A stretch of 26,095 nucleotides of DNA from a virus (lineage: Duplodnaviria; Caudoviricetes), in IMG/VR virus record IMGVR_UViG_3300048575_000470, positions 1 through 26,095 of that record; one strand, written 5' to 3'. A model generated the notes under the pieces. That model was not told the origin of the DNA and searched no databases. It was given only the letters and a program-made list of their open reading frames with translations. How positions within the stretch are numbered: position 1 is the first letter of the stretch; each line of letters opens with the position of its first letter. Positions 9,028-17,313 of this stretch are shown here, piece by piece. Both the position numbers and the translations under genes were made by a program.

Positions 9028-11903
9028 CAGCTCCTCCGCTTCAAAATAGGGGCAGCGCCGTAGCGCTTGAGCGCTTTATCGGCACCGCCCGATGCGATGA
9101 TGGAGGAGAAGGCCTTGCCCATGTCCCGTTTCACATCAACACGAACGACGTTCGCGGATGCGTCGTATTGCTGGGTCGCTTGCAGAGGTTCGCCGTGATT
9201 GTGGAATTCGATCTTCGGCATCGGTGACCCCATGCCTGCACCGGCGCCGGCCGGAAGTTGCAGCACGGTCGGGCGGCTTAAGGCCGCTTCCCACCGGTCG
9301 ATGACCTGATCGGATTGCGTCCTCTGCTCCTTCGTCAACACCCATTCATCGTCCTTGGCGATGATGGGGACTTCACCCGGACCCAAGATTGGTCCGCCGC
9401 CATGATAGCGCGGCGCGCCATAGAACAAGGACGAGGGAACTTCGCGCGTGGCGACGGGCGAGGCGATATCGCCGCCAGTGTGAAAAATTCCAGAAAGAAA
9501 AGATGCACCACCGCCGGACATTCCAAGGAAGCCGCCGAGTGTGTCGAGAATTCCGCCGCCGATCGAGTTCATCGCGCCGGAAATGTACTTCTGGTACACC
9601 ATGCGGGAGAACTGATCGAGGATGAAGTCCGTCAGGCCTCCGAAGCTCAGCTTCCCGGTTTTTGCGAAGTTCGCGAACGTGTCTTCACCCGTCTGTGCCC
9701 AACCACGAAGAAAGCCTTCGCTCTTCGATGCCCAGTCTTGGTTCGAACGCAGGATGTCGCTGTTGGCACGCATGATGCCAGAAGCCCAATCCTGTCTGTT
9801 TCGCAAGTCCTCTTCATAAAGATTGGTGAGCTTATGCCCCATGAGAAGGTCAAGTTTCTCGTGATACTCGTCCCAACTCAGCCCTGCCGCTTCGAGTTTT
9901 TTTGCATTGATTTCGTACCACTCATTGATCTCTTTTCGGCCGACAGCGAGCTTTGCATCCGCCATCGCATTCGCCATGAGGCCGCTAGCAGATCCGATCT
10001 GCTGATCGATATTTTGCATTGCCTCCAGGGCGTGGTCAGCGGCCAACTGCTCCTTCTTCTCCTTCGTGACGCGGGCGATGGTCGAGGCAAGTCGGCTATG
10101 CGCTGCCTCATCAGCCCAAGCTAAGGCCGTCACATACGGCAGCGTCGCCTTGGCGATTTCCTGCTGATCGTTAAAGTCTTGGAGCGCAACGCTTCCATTG
10201 CGATAGGCCTCCGCGCGGCCCCGCGCCGTTCTTGCGTCGAGTTCGCCTTCGGCGATCACCTGCGGCGCATCTTTCAAAAGGTCTTTAATGCGCTCGTAAT
10301 GTTCCTTTTCGACTTCGTTGAGGTTGCGGGACGCATCGGCGCGCTCCTTTCGCGCTTTGGCGATCTCGCGATCGACCACAGCAACGGCCTGGTCCTTTGA
10401 GAGCGCTTTACCATCGGCACCGGTCGCGCCAATGCCCTTGGCATAGTCGTCTATCACGCGCTTGCGTTGGTTTTCCAAAGTACGGAGCTTTTCGTCATAT
10501 GAACTCAGCCCCATGCCGTTGATGAGATCGCTTAGGTCGTCTGCCTCACGCTTGCGATCTGCTTCGTTCTTCTGTTTCGTCGCCTTGGCAAGATCGTCTT
10601 GAATATCTTTGATCGGGCGCGGCTTCAGAGGGATAAATCCGGTCTGCGGGAGAAATCCAAGCCGTCCGATGCCCTTATGCGCGTCGGCGAGTTCTTTGTT
10701 TAGAGCAGCCACGTCCGCTACGTCGGGAGCCATGGAGCGGCCAAGAACGTCCCATAGATCAGATAGGCTGGCCTTGGCCTCCCGAAGCTTTCGCGACCAG
10801 TATCCGGTCTGCTCCGCAGCGTTGTTGATCCGATCGGACCACGCGTCGGTGATGATCTTCTGTGCCTCAGTTATCCGGCCAGATTGCTCCAGGTCCTTTA
10901 TGTTCCGCAGCGTGGCTTGATCGAGAAGCCCGTAGTCTTGGGTCAGCTGCTTGGCGAATTCGGACGGCTTCTTCAGTTCGTCCGCAGCTTTTGCCGCGGC
11001 TTGGGCAACATCGGTCCCCAATACCGCAGCATAGTCGCGGGACATCTTTGCCAACTCCGGCCAAAGCGAAGTATCGATATTGGCATCGGTGAAGGCCGCC
11101 GCAACTTCACGAGCCGTGCGCGAAGACACGTCGCCTGATTGAGAGAGGACCGCGGTAAGGCCGGAATACTGTTTGGAAGTCGCCGCGATCGAAATTCCGT
11201 GCGCTTGCAGCGAGACGTTTAGGCGACCAACCGAACGAGCATAACTTTCCTCGGCTGCCATCAGGGCTACTACGGCCGCCGCAGCAGCCGTTGCCGCCGA
11301 CGCAATGGGAAACTCTTTAGCGAGATCTGGAATTGCCGAAAGGCCGGCTCTGGTGCGTGAAATGACGCCGCGGCTCACGCCACCAAACTTGCCGAGCTTG
11401 GCGAGCTTGACCTCAAGCTCGTCGAGCGCCATTCCGGTAGCCGTGGCCTCCTTTCGGGCAGCAACCAGGTCAACGGCGAGCTTCGCCGATGCGGCGCCGG
11501 TCACAGCCGAATATTCGGCTTCGGTGATATTCTTCGCTGCGAGAGCACCGCGGGCCGCATTGATGGTCGCGTTGTATTCGGCGTGGGCCGCTGACATCGC
11601 CCGCACCTTTCCGATCACGTGATCGCCAGCGGCAGCCTGGGCGCTCATCGCCTCGACCTCTACGCGCCGTGCAGCACCAGTTTTGGCCAACGCCGCTTCG
11701 GCTTGAGCCGCGGCGCTGGTCTGTCCCTTAAGCGCCACAGCCCCAGCATCGAACTTGGCGGCCGTATCTGCCATCGTGTCGCCGGCGTCGCGTGCTTTTG
11801 CCTTCACACCGGCAAGTGCGGCCTCTGTCTCCTTGGAAGCGCCGACGACAGACTTGGCATCGGCGGTGATGGTCAGTTTTGCTCGGAGGTCGCTGCCGTT
11901 CAT
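9027..11903 (-). CDS. Tail tape measure protein
   Basis: 958 aa, Ala-rich and helical, following the chaperone pair. C-terminal FHTGG...APRYHGGG...EVPII....EWVLT motif typical of siphophage tape measure proteins. Confidence 0.92.
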   Translation of the reverse strand: MNGSDLRAKLTITADAKSVVGASKETEAALAGVKAKARDAGDTMADTAAKFDAGAVALKGQTSAAAQAEAALAKTGAARRVEVEAMSAQAAAGDHVIGKVRAMSAAHAEYNATINAARGALAAKNITEAEYSAVTGAASAKLAVDLVAARKEATATGMALDELEVKLAKLGKFGGVSRGVISRTRAGLSAIPDLAKEFPIASAATAAAAAVVALMAAEESYARSVGRLNVSLQAHGISIAATSKQYSGLTAVLSQSGDVSSRTAREVAAAFTDANIDTSLWPELAKMSRDYAAVLGTDVAQAAAKAADELKKPSEFAKQLTQDYGLLDQATLRNIKDLEQSGRITEAQKIITDAWSDRINNAAEQTGYWSRKLREAKASLSDLWDVLGRSMAPDVADVAALNKELADAHKGIGRLGFLPQTGFIPLKPRPIKDIQDDLAKATKQKNEADRKREADDLSDLINGMGLSSYDEKLRTLENQRKRVIDDYAKGIGATGADGKALSKDQAVAVVDREIAKARKERADASRNLNEVEKEHYERIKDLLKDAPQVIAEGELDARTARGRAEAYRNGSVALQDFNDQQEIAKATLPYVTALAWADEAAHSRLASTIARVTKEKKEQLAADHALEAMQNIDQQIGSASGLMANAMADAKLAVGRKEINEWYEINAKKLEAAGLSWDEYHEKLDLLMGHKLTNLYEEDLRNRQDWASGIMRANSDILRSNQDWASKSEGFLRGWAQTGEDTFANFAKTGKLSFGGLTDFILDQFSRMVYQKYISGAMNSIGGGILDTLGGFLGMSGGGASFLSGIFHTGGDIASPVATREVPSSLFYGAPRYHGGGPILGPGEVPIIAKDDEWVLTKEQRTQSDQVIDRWEAALSRPTVLQLPAGAGAGMGSPMPKIEFHNHGEPLQATQQYDASANVVRVDVKRDMGKAFSSIIASGGADKALKRYGAAPILKRRS

Positions 11904-11930
11904 GACGCAAAAACACCCCTCAAGAGCCCT

Positions 11931-12266
11931 TTACGCGCCGCGTAAAGCCGCCTCCTCGCGGGCGTCGTAGAGGGAAATGGCTTCTTGCTCGACCTGTCGC
12001 AGCGCATCCCAAAGGTCGGGAGTGAGGCGAATGCGGAGGCCTTTTGCGACGACGGGAACAACGCCGTAATCGATCCCATGGCGGCGCGTGAACACGATGA
12101 CCTTGCTCCCCGAGTAGAGGGAACCCGTCTCGACCCTCCACTGCGTTTGTAGGGCGAGGTATAGCCGCACCGTGTCGCGGTTCTCGGGCTCAACGATGAA
12201 CTCCTTCGGCTCATTGGTCTCGGGCTCTACCTGGGCCAGGGCTGCGTCTATGTCTGCGTCAGGCAC
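11931..12266 (-). CDS. Tail assembly chaperone, downstream (gpT-like, DUF1799-like) part, probably expressed by -1 frameshift
   Basis: Motif PEN.DTVRLYLAL.TQWR...GIDY. This frame is open without a stop upstream to the slippery site at 12359-12365. Confidence 0.85.
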   Translation of the reverse strand: MPDADIDAALAQVEPETNEPKEFIVEPENRDTVRLYLALQTQWRVETGSLYSGSKVIVFTRRHGIDYGVVPVVAKGLRIRLTPDLWDALRQVEQEAISLYDAREEAALRGA

Positions 12267-12304
12267 ACCGCGCTGCCGCGCCTCTTGACGAAGGGCGTCG
12301 ACGT

Positions 12305-12718
12305 CTAGTCCGCTTGGGCCGCCGACGCTTCCGAGATGGAAACGGACGGCCTCACGAAGTTTTTTGGCAGGCGGCCTTCGCGCATCATCAGATAGCCGGC
12401 GAGCACGCCGTTCTGGATGTACGGGGTCGCGCGCATCAATTCGAACATCGAAGCATCGTCGACGCTGCTCTCGTCTTCCGTGGGCACGTTGGCAAAGCCG
12501 TCGACCACCTTTTCGATGATATAAGCGTCAAAGTCGGCTGTCTTCTCGGCCTCCTTCAACAGAGCCTCGTGCTCTTTCTTGCCCACATGGTCGAGCCGGA
12601 AGCGAACGTTGAGTTCCTGAAACTCAATACCGCCATCCACCGGAACCGGGATCTGGCACGGGAACATGACCGATCGGCCGGTCATAGATTTCAGATAGAC
12701 AAAGCGCTTGTTGGACAT
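12305..12718 (-). CDS. Tail assembly chaperone (gpG-like)
   Basis: The likely start is ATG at 12718 (MSNKRF), 1 nt after the tail tube stop, giving 137 aa. Lies between tube and tape measure genes and ends ...LPKN, typical of these chaperones. Confidence 0.85.
   Translation of the reverse strand: MSNKRFVYLKSMTGRSVMFPCQIPVPVDGGIEFQELNVRFRLDHVGKKEHEALLKEAEKTADFDAYIIEKVVDGFANVPTEDESSVDDASMFELMRATPYIQNGVLAGYLMMREGRLPKNFVRPSVSISEASAAQAD
12359..12365 (-). other. Programmed -1 ribosomal frameshift slippery site A AAA AAC
   Basis: Minus strand reads CTG CCA AAA AAC TTC. The -1 frame continues LREAVRFHLG...RGVPDADID into ORF 11931-12266. Confidence 0.88.
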
Positions 12719-12719
12719 G

Positions 12720-13658
12720 TCACTGCACCGTGAGTTTGAGGTCGCCGTTTCCGGCCGGGGCTTTGGCGAAGCGCAGCGGAATGCTGTCGCAGAGAAAGCC
12801 ATTCACATTGGCATGCGTGGGCTGTCCAAACTGGACGCGCGCGCCGTCGATCTTGACGATGTTGCCGGCAACGGTGCCATGCGTCAGAGAAAGAGTGCCC
12901 GTCGTCTTGGCCTTGTAGCGGGCAACCGGGTCGAACGTCGCGATCGGCTGCTTGCGGAACTGGATCGTGCCGGTGACGATCCGATCGGTGATGGCGACCA
13001 GTTCGCTGTTCGCGACATTGCTGTATGCCACGACATTGCCAAGGTCGATCTGCAAGCTTTCGACCGGCGGCGTGATCCCGTGGATCGAGATTATTGTGTT
13101 GGCCTTATTCATCGGGACGCCTCGCAACAGAGCCGCCACGGTGGATTTGACGTCGGGGAACGCGACATCGGCAGCCGGTGTGGCCAAACCGGTCATGGAC
13201 CACTGCAGCATGGGCACAGTGTTCCGCGCCCAGACGATGCTGAGAGTGCCGCGAGACATCGGCATCTTGTGCATGACGCCGCCCCAGTCAAAGTAGATGG
13301 AGCTTGCCTTTGCGGTCGCCTCGACCCAATTCTGGGTGGTGTATTCGACCTTGGTCGTCTCGGTGATGGTTTCAAGAAGGCCACACGCTTGCATCAGGCA
13401 ACCGTAGTATGCAGCGGTGCCCGCCGCGCCAGATCCGGCGAAAGGTGTCTTGAACGTCAGCGTCTGGTAGACTTCGCTCGGCTCGTTGAGGTCGGCACCC
13501 CAATCGGCACTCGCCGGCCGATCTTCGGAGAATGTGCCGGCCGCCGGATTGATATTGATGTCGTAGGCAAGAAACCCCGCCGTTCCGGTTAGCACCGGGT
13601 CTGTGCCGGGCGTGGTCTCAAGGCCGGCCTGCAACGTCATCTGATTAGCGAGCAACAT
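12720..13658 (-). CDS. Major tail tube protein
   Basis: 312 aa. E.T.G.DP N-terminus, GSGAAGTA..YG.LMQACG, ITDR..TG and HGT.AGNIV motifs of tube proteins. Confidence 0.85.
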   Translation of the reverse strand: MLLANQMTLQAGLETTPGTDPVLTGTAGFLAYDININPAAGTFSEDRPASADWGADLNEPSEVYQTLTFKTPFAGSGAAGTAAYYGCLMQACGLLETITETTKVEYTTQNWVEATAKASSIYFDWGGVMHKMPMSRGTLSIVWARNTVPMLQWSMTGLATPAADVAFPDVKSTVAALLRGVPMNKANTIISIHGITPPVESLQIDLGNVVAYSNVANSELVAITDRIVTGTIQFRKQPIATFDPVARYKAKTTGTLSLTHGTVAGNIVKIDGARVQFGQPTHANVNGFLCDSIPLRFAKAPAGNGDLKLTVQ

Positions 13659-13901
13659 CTACTTGCTTCCCTTCTGCGCCGGCGCGGGCGCGTTGGTCTC
13701 TGCTTTCGGCTTGGCCAGTTCGGCGATCGCCGCTTCGCGCGCTGCGCCGTCGAGCGCCATTATGCGTTCGCGCTCCGCCTGTGGCTGGGCGTAGACGAGA
13801 GGGGCCTGCGTCGGTGGCAGCTCGCCGATCGCCTTGAACAGCGCACCGGCTTTCGCCGCAGCCTTCGCCGCCGTCTCGTCGTAAGTTGATTTTTGTTGCA
13901 C
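13659..13901 (-). CDS. Small hypothetical phage protein
   Basis: 80 aa, GTG start with upstream GGAGG. Abuts both neighbouring genes exactly. Confidence 0.65.
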   Translation of the reverse strand: MQQKSTYDETAAKAAAKAGALFKAIGELPPTQAPLVYAQPQAERERIMALDGAAREAAIAELAKPKAETNAPAPAQKGSK

Positions 13902-14333
13902 CTATGCCTCCAGAGTGTACGGGCATGCGAAATCGCAGGCCCAAATGAGAAGTCCCTGTTCAAGATCTTGATGTTCGACGCCGCCGCGCATGTAGATCAC
14001 GGGCGAAGCCTCGCCGGCAGGCGTCCATCCGACGAGATTGACCTTCACGGCCTCGGATACATCTTCAACGCTGTCGAGGTTGCCCATGCGCCGCGCGCTC
14101 ATCTTAGTGAAGCCCATCAGGACGCGAACCGCTCGGACGGTCGTCTGGCTAACCACACCGGTACCGGCGTTATTCGTCCCCGCGATTTCGGTCAGGGGCA
14201 AAACAAAGGCGCGGCCGTTCCAGCGCACGGCTTCGGGTTTGGAAGGCATCTCGCCGAGACCGCTCACAATTGAGAAGGTATCGGGTACGAGTATTGCCGT
14301 CAGACGTTCGATCACGTCCGCCACCCGCATCAT
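13902..14333 (-). CDS. Tail terminator / neck protein (Mu gp37-like position)
   Basis: 143 aa. AFVLP..E, L.GWTP and W..DF pattern. Located before the tail tube gene. Confidence 0.75.
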   Translation of the reverse strand: MMRVADVIERLTAILVPDTFSIVSGLGEMPSKPEAVRWNGRAFVLPLTEIAGTNNAGTGVVSQTTVRAVRVLMGFTKMSARRMGNLDSVEDVSEAVKVNLVGWTPAGEASPVIYMRGGVEHQDLEQGLLIWACDFACPYTLEA

Positions 14334-14935
14334 GGCCGATCCCCCAGCAAGGCAGCTTCAAGGTGGCGACCGGCAAGGGCGCTGATCTCGTTCGCGTTAT
14401 CAGCACTCATGCCGAGATATGGGCGCGCGTGGATGTAGACGTCGTGTTCGGGTATTTCGACATGGCTCTCAAATGTCGCTTTCGACTTCTTTACGAAGCG
14501 GTAGAGGGACATGTCGACTTTCTCGCCGAAAGGCGTGTTGGCCGCACGTTCGAGTTTTTCCTTGCTGCGGTAGATGCTTTGGGATCGCGCATAAACCTTG
14601 TAGCGATTGCCAAATTGCATCGCGGCGGCATAGACACGGTTCGATCCCTGTTCGACGCCGCCGCCGGGCAGAATGTTGTAGGTCTGGCTCGCAAAGAGAA
14701 ACCCTTCTTCGTAGAGCGTTTGGCCTCCAGTCCGCTTCGCGCGTTGGGACGGCAGCCAGGGCGTGCCGTCCGGCTCGGACTGTGTGTCGAACCGCATCTG
14801 TGTGTGGCTGACAAGCGAATGGCCAACAGCGTCCCAAAACTCATCAGATTGGCGCTCACCGAACGTCTTCAGCCGTTCGCAGGCGTCGCGAACCATGGCG
14901 TCATCCCATTCGATTTCGAGTACCGCGCCGGTCAT
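14330..14935 (-). CDS. Virion morphogenesis protein (Mu gpG / tail completion S family)
   Basis: Motifs T..RF..Q..PDG.PW.PS, GSNRVYAA.MQFG and I.ARPYLGMS. Confidence 0.88.
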   Translation of the reverse strand: MTGAVLEIEWDDAMVRDACERLKTFGERQSDEFWDAVGHSLVSHTQMRFDTQSEPDGTPWLPSQRAKRTGGQTLYEEGFLFASQTYNILPGGGVEQGSNRVYAAAMQFGNRYKVYARSQSIYRSKEKLERAANTPFGEKVDMSLYRFVKKSKATFESHVEIPEHDVYIHARPYLGMSADNANEISALAGRHLEAALLGDRP

Positions 14936-15351
14936 CAGAAGTCCTTCAGGCTTTCACGGGTAAAGATGCGGGGCGGAGCCGTAACGATGATGGTGTCGGC
15001 TGGCTGGGTGGCCGGTGCCGCCGCATCCTGACCAATGAGCAGCGAGCGGCCGTCAGCAACACGACGCAGAAAGACGAGCTGGTCCTCATAGTCCTTGCGT
15101 ACGCGGTCGCTGCACGGGTCAGACAGATGGTAGCGCGCAATGGCGCATGTGATGTTGGCGAGCTGTTCGGTCTGATTGATGATGCCGGTGAGCTTGGCTT
15201 CCGAATTGACTTCTGCAGTCGCGTTTTCGAGAGCCTTGGTCAACACGCTCTCATCGATGACACCGGCGGGCGGGTTTGCGCGATCGGTAATGGCGATCAC
15301 CTCTTCAAGCCCGAAGCGGTCAATCATGTCCTGCTTGGTGGCGTACGCCAT
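14935..15351 (-). CDS. Mu gp36-like head-tail adaptor (DUF1320)
   Basis: The likely start is ATG at 15351 (MAYATKQDMIDRFG) with SD GGGAG. Motifs C.IARYHL and V.KDYE....FL..VADG. Confidence 0.9.
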   Translation of the reverse strand: MAYATKQDMIDRFGLEEVIAITDRANPPAGVIDESVLTKALENATAEVNSEAKLTGIINQTEQLANITCAIARYHLSDPCSDRVRKDYEDQLVFLRRVADGRSLLIGQDAAAPATQPADTIIVTAPPRIFTRESLKDF

Positions 15352-15384
15352 TCTTTGCCGCTCCCGGATGCTCTCGATCAAAGT

Positions 15385-15499
15385 GGGGACGGCGATCCAG
15401 GCCGATCACCGCCCCCTTTCACTCTCGTAGGCGCCGGGCTTTTGCCCTTGTTGGTTCCACCGTGGCCTGACCGGCGCGCCCTCTTCGCTCTCGGGGGAA
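15385..15499 (-). ncRNA. Putative structured RNA directly downstream of the tRNA (multi-stem, loop-loop pairing); 3' hairpin may also act as a terminator
   Basis: Folded by eye: GGGCGC/GCGCCT, GCCG/CGGT, GGGC-AAAA-GCCC and a 13-bp hairpin 15416-15404/15397-15385. Loops CAGGCC and GGCCTG are complementary. Confidence 0.5.
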
Positions 15500-15501
15500 T
15501 T

Positions 15502-15578
15502 TGGTTGCGCGGGTCGGATTTGAACCGACGACCTCTAGGTTATGAGCCTTGCGAGCTACCGAGCTGCTCCACCGCGCG
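15502..15578 (-). tRNA. tRNA-fMet (initiator, anticodon CAT), 77 nt, encoded CCA
   Basis: CGCGCGG TG GAGC AGCTCGGTA GCTC G CAAGG CTCATAA CCTAG AGGTC GTCGG TTCAAAT CCGAC CCGCGCA A CCA. Full cloverleaf with initiator determinants C1xA72, A11:U24, G30-C40 and G31-C39. Confidence 0.96.
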
Positions 15579-15585
15579 TAATCGG

Positions 15586-15933
15586 TCAGGGCCCTTTCGA
15601 CTTGGCGATCAGGTCGCGAAGCGCCTGGCGCCGCGCGTCCTTGCTACCGAACGGCTTCGGGTCGATGCCCTGCGAAGTCAGAAGCTGGCCAAGAGCATCG
15701 AACCCGAGCGCATCGATTTCGCCCTCGGTCGGCAACGAATTACCGCCACCTTTATCGCCCGTGTTCTCAAGCGGCGAGGACGAAGGGGCGAGCTTGACCG
15801 CGCCCGAGTTGATCATACGTTTGGAAAGGGTGTCGGGAAGCTCGATGCTGTCGCCTTCGCTGTAGATCTCACCATCGTGATGGATCGCCGTCAATGCAAT
15901 GCAGGCGATCAACGTGCTGGTCAATTTTGCCAT
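15586..15933 (-). CDS. Head-associated protein after major capsid (Mu gp35 / lambda FI-like position)
   Basis: 115 aa. N-terminal HDG.IY.EGD.IEL......GAV motif, a linker, then a short helical HeH/LEM-like C-terminus. Confidence 0.7.
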   Translation of the reverse strand: MAKLTSTLIACIALTAIHHDGEIYSEGDSIELPDTLSKRMINSGAVKLAPSSSPLENTGDKGGGNSLPTEGEIDALGFDALGQLLTSQGIDPKPFGSKDARRQALRDLIAKSKGP

Positions 15934-15945
15934 GCGAAGCGCTCC

Positions 15946-16878
15946 CTACGCCGCCGCGTCTTCGAAGAAGTAGCCGCAGCTCGACGCCACAACTCTTTCG
16001 TCAAGACACTTCACCGTGCGCGCAACCTCCGCGCCGTAGGCGCCGATCGAGCTGTCGGTATAGGTGCCCGCAACGGTTTGGCCGTATTTCGCGGTCCAAC
16101 CGAAGGTGAGCCCACCCATCGGGTCCGCCATCGGATCGATGAAGAGCATCGCCATGTGGTTGCCCCACAACCGGCTGAGGCTGGCCGTCTGGCCCGGCTT
16201 CGCGGTGTTGTAGCGCGCCGCACCGACATAGATGTTCTTGACTTCCAACAGCTCGGCAACCGCCTGCTTGGAAGCCGCACCGCTATCGCCCGAATTCCTG
16301 TTCGTCGCTGCGACGATGGTCGGGTTTTTGCGGAATGCCGTCCATGCGCCCTGGCCGAACACCAGCGAGTTCGGGCGCACGAGCGGAACGTCGAGTGCCG
16401 ACAACGCGAGCGACAGCGCATCGCAGCTCGCATGGCTGAACTGGCTCGTGCCAGAGAGAACTGTCCGGTTCGCTGCCGGATAAGTGGTGCGCGCGAAAAC
16501 CTTCGCCGCTGTGCGCTGTTCGTGACCGATATCGACGAACTGCGTCGCCTTCGCGGTGGCGCGGTCCAGCGGGTTCGGAACTTTGAGTTTGAGGGCGGCA
16601 TCGATGTCGCGCACCGGCACGGGAATTTCAAAGCCAAAGTCGTTGCAGCCGCCGGTCTTTTCGACGCCGCCGAGTTCGCCCTGCGGGACCTTGCCGCGAC
16701 GGCCGACCAGTGTGTCGGGAACATTGAACGGCTCGTCGGCCGGATATTCGAGATACTTGTATTCCTGGGTCAGCACCGTCACTTCGGGCAGAACCAGATC
16801 GGCGATAAACTCGGCATTGCGATACGCAATCGCGATACCGGTCAGCGCGGCGGAAACAGTGAAAGGCGTTCTGGACAT
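15946..16878 (-). CDS. Major capsid protein
   Basis: The likely start is ATG at 16878 (SD CAGGAG), giving 310 aa. LT.IAIAYRN..FIAD.VLP, RPN.LV.G and G.TFGWTA motifs. Follows the protease and decoration genes. Confidence 0.9.
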   Translation of the reverse strand: MSRTPFTVSAALTGIAIAYRNAEFIADLVLPEVTVLTQEYKYLEYPADEPFNVPDTLVGRRGKVPQGELGGVEKTGGCNDFGFEIPVPVRDIDAALKLKVPNPLDRATAKATQFVDIGHEQRTAAKVFARTTYPAANRTVLSGTSQFSHASCDALSLALSALDVPLVRPNSLVFGQGAWTAFRKNPTIVAATNRNSGDSGAASKQAVAELLEVKNIYVGAARYNTAKPGQTASLSRLWGNHMAMLFIDPMADPMGGLTFGWTAKYGQTVAGTYTDSSIGAYGAEVARTVKCLDERVVASSCGYFFEDAAA

Positions 16879-16902
16879 AAAAATCTCCTGCGCCAAGCGC
16901 GG

Positions 16903-17313
16903 TTAGCCAGCCACCGCGGGCGTGGTGACCTGCGTGCGGGCGAGATGAACGAGGATGAAATCGCCGTCGGCGGTCGCGGCTGAATAGGCAGTGCCGCCGC
17001 TCTGTGCCTTCGCGCCAGCGGCTGGCGTGCACGTTACGGCCTTGCCGTTTGCGTCGGACGTCACATACGCGCCGGCAGCAATGGCGCCTCCGGCTTCGAT
17101 TTCGGCGAGGCCTTCAAGAACCACGTCGAAGTGGTCACCATCCGCGGCGTCGATGTTGGGAACGCTTGCCCCCATCATAAGATCGGACGAGGCCGACGCT
17201 TGCACATAGTGCTGATCGCTGACCGTCGCATCGCCGGTCTTCGAGGGACGCACGAAGCGCCGAGACTTGATCGCGCCAACGGCGATCCTGGTAACCGTCA
17301 GACCGGGGTTCAT
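16903..17313 (-). CDS. Capsid decoration/cement protein (DUF2190-like)
   Basis: 136 aa. DVVLEG.AEIEAGGAIAAG..VTSDANGKAV and A.ADGD.I.V motifs. Confidence 0.82.
   Translation of the reverse strand: MNPGLTVTRIAVGAIKSRRFVRPSKTGDATVSDQHYVQASASSDLMMGASVPNIDAADGDHFDVVLEGLAEIEAGGAIAAGAYVTSDANGKAVTCTPAAGAKAQSGGTAYSAATADGDFILVHLARTQVTTPAVAG

Noticed and set aside
15502-15578. tRNA as a prophage attachment site
   Set aside because: It lies mid-operon with phage genes continuing on both sides. I saw no duplicated 3' fragment or integrase in the window, and Mu-like phages integrate by transposition.
15127-16983. 618-aa plus-strand ORF
   Set aside because: Antisense shadow of the capsid gene, tRNA and gp36. 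It has no recognisable motifs, and long antisense ORFs are expected in GC-rich coding DNA.
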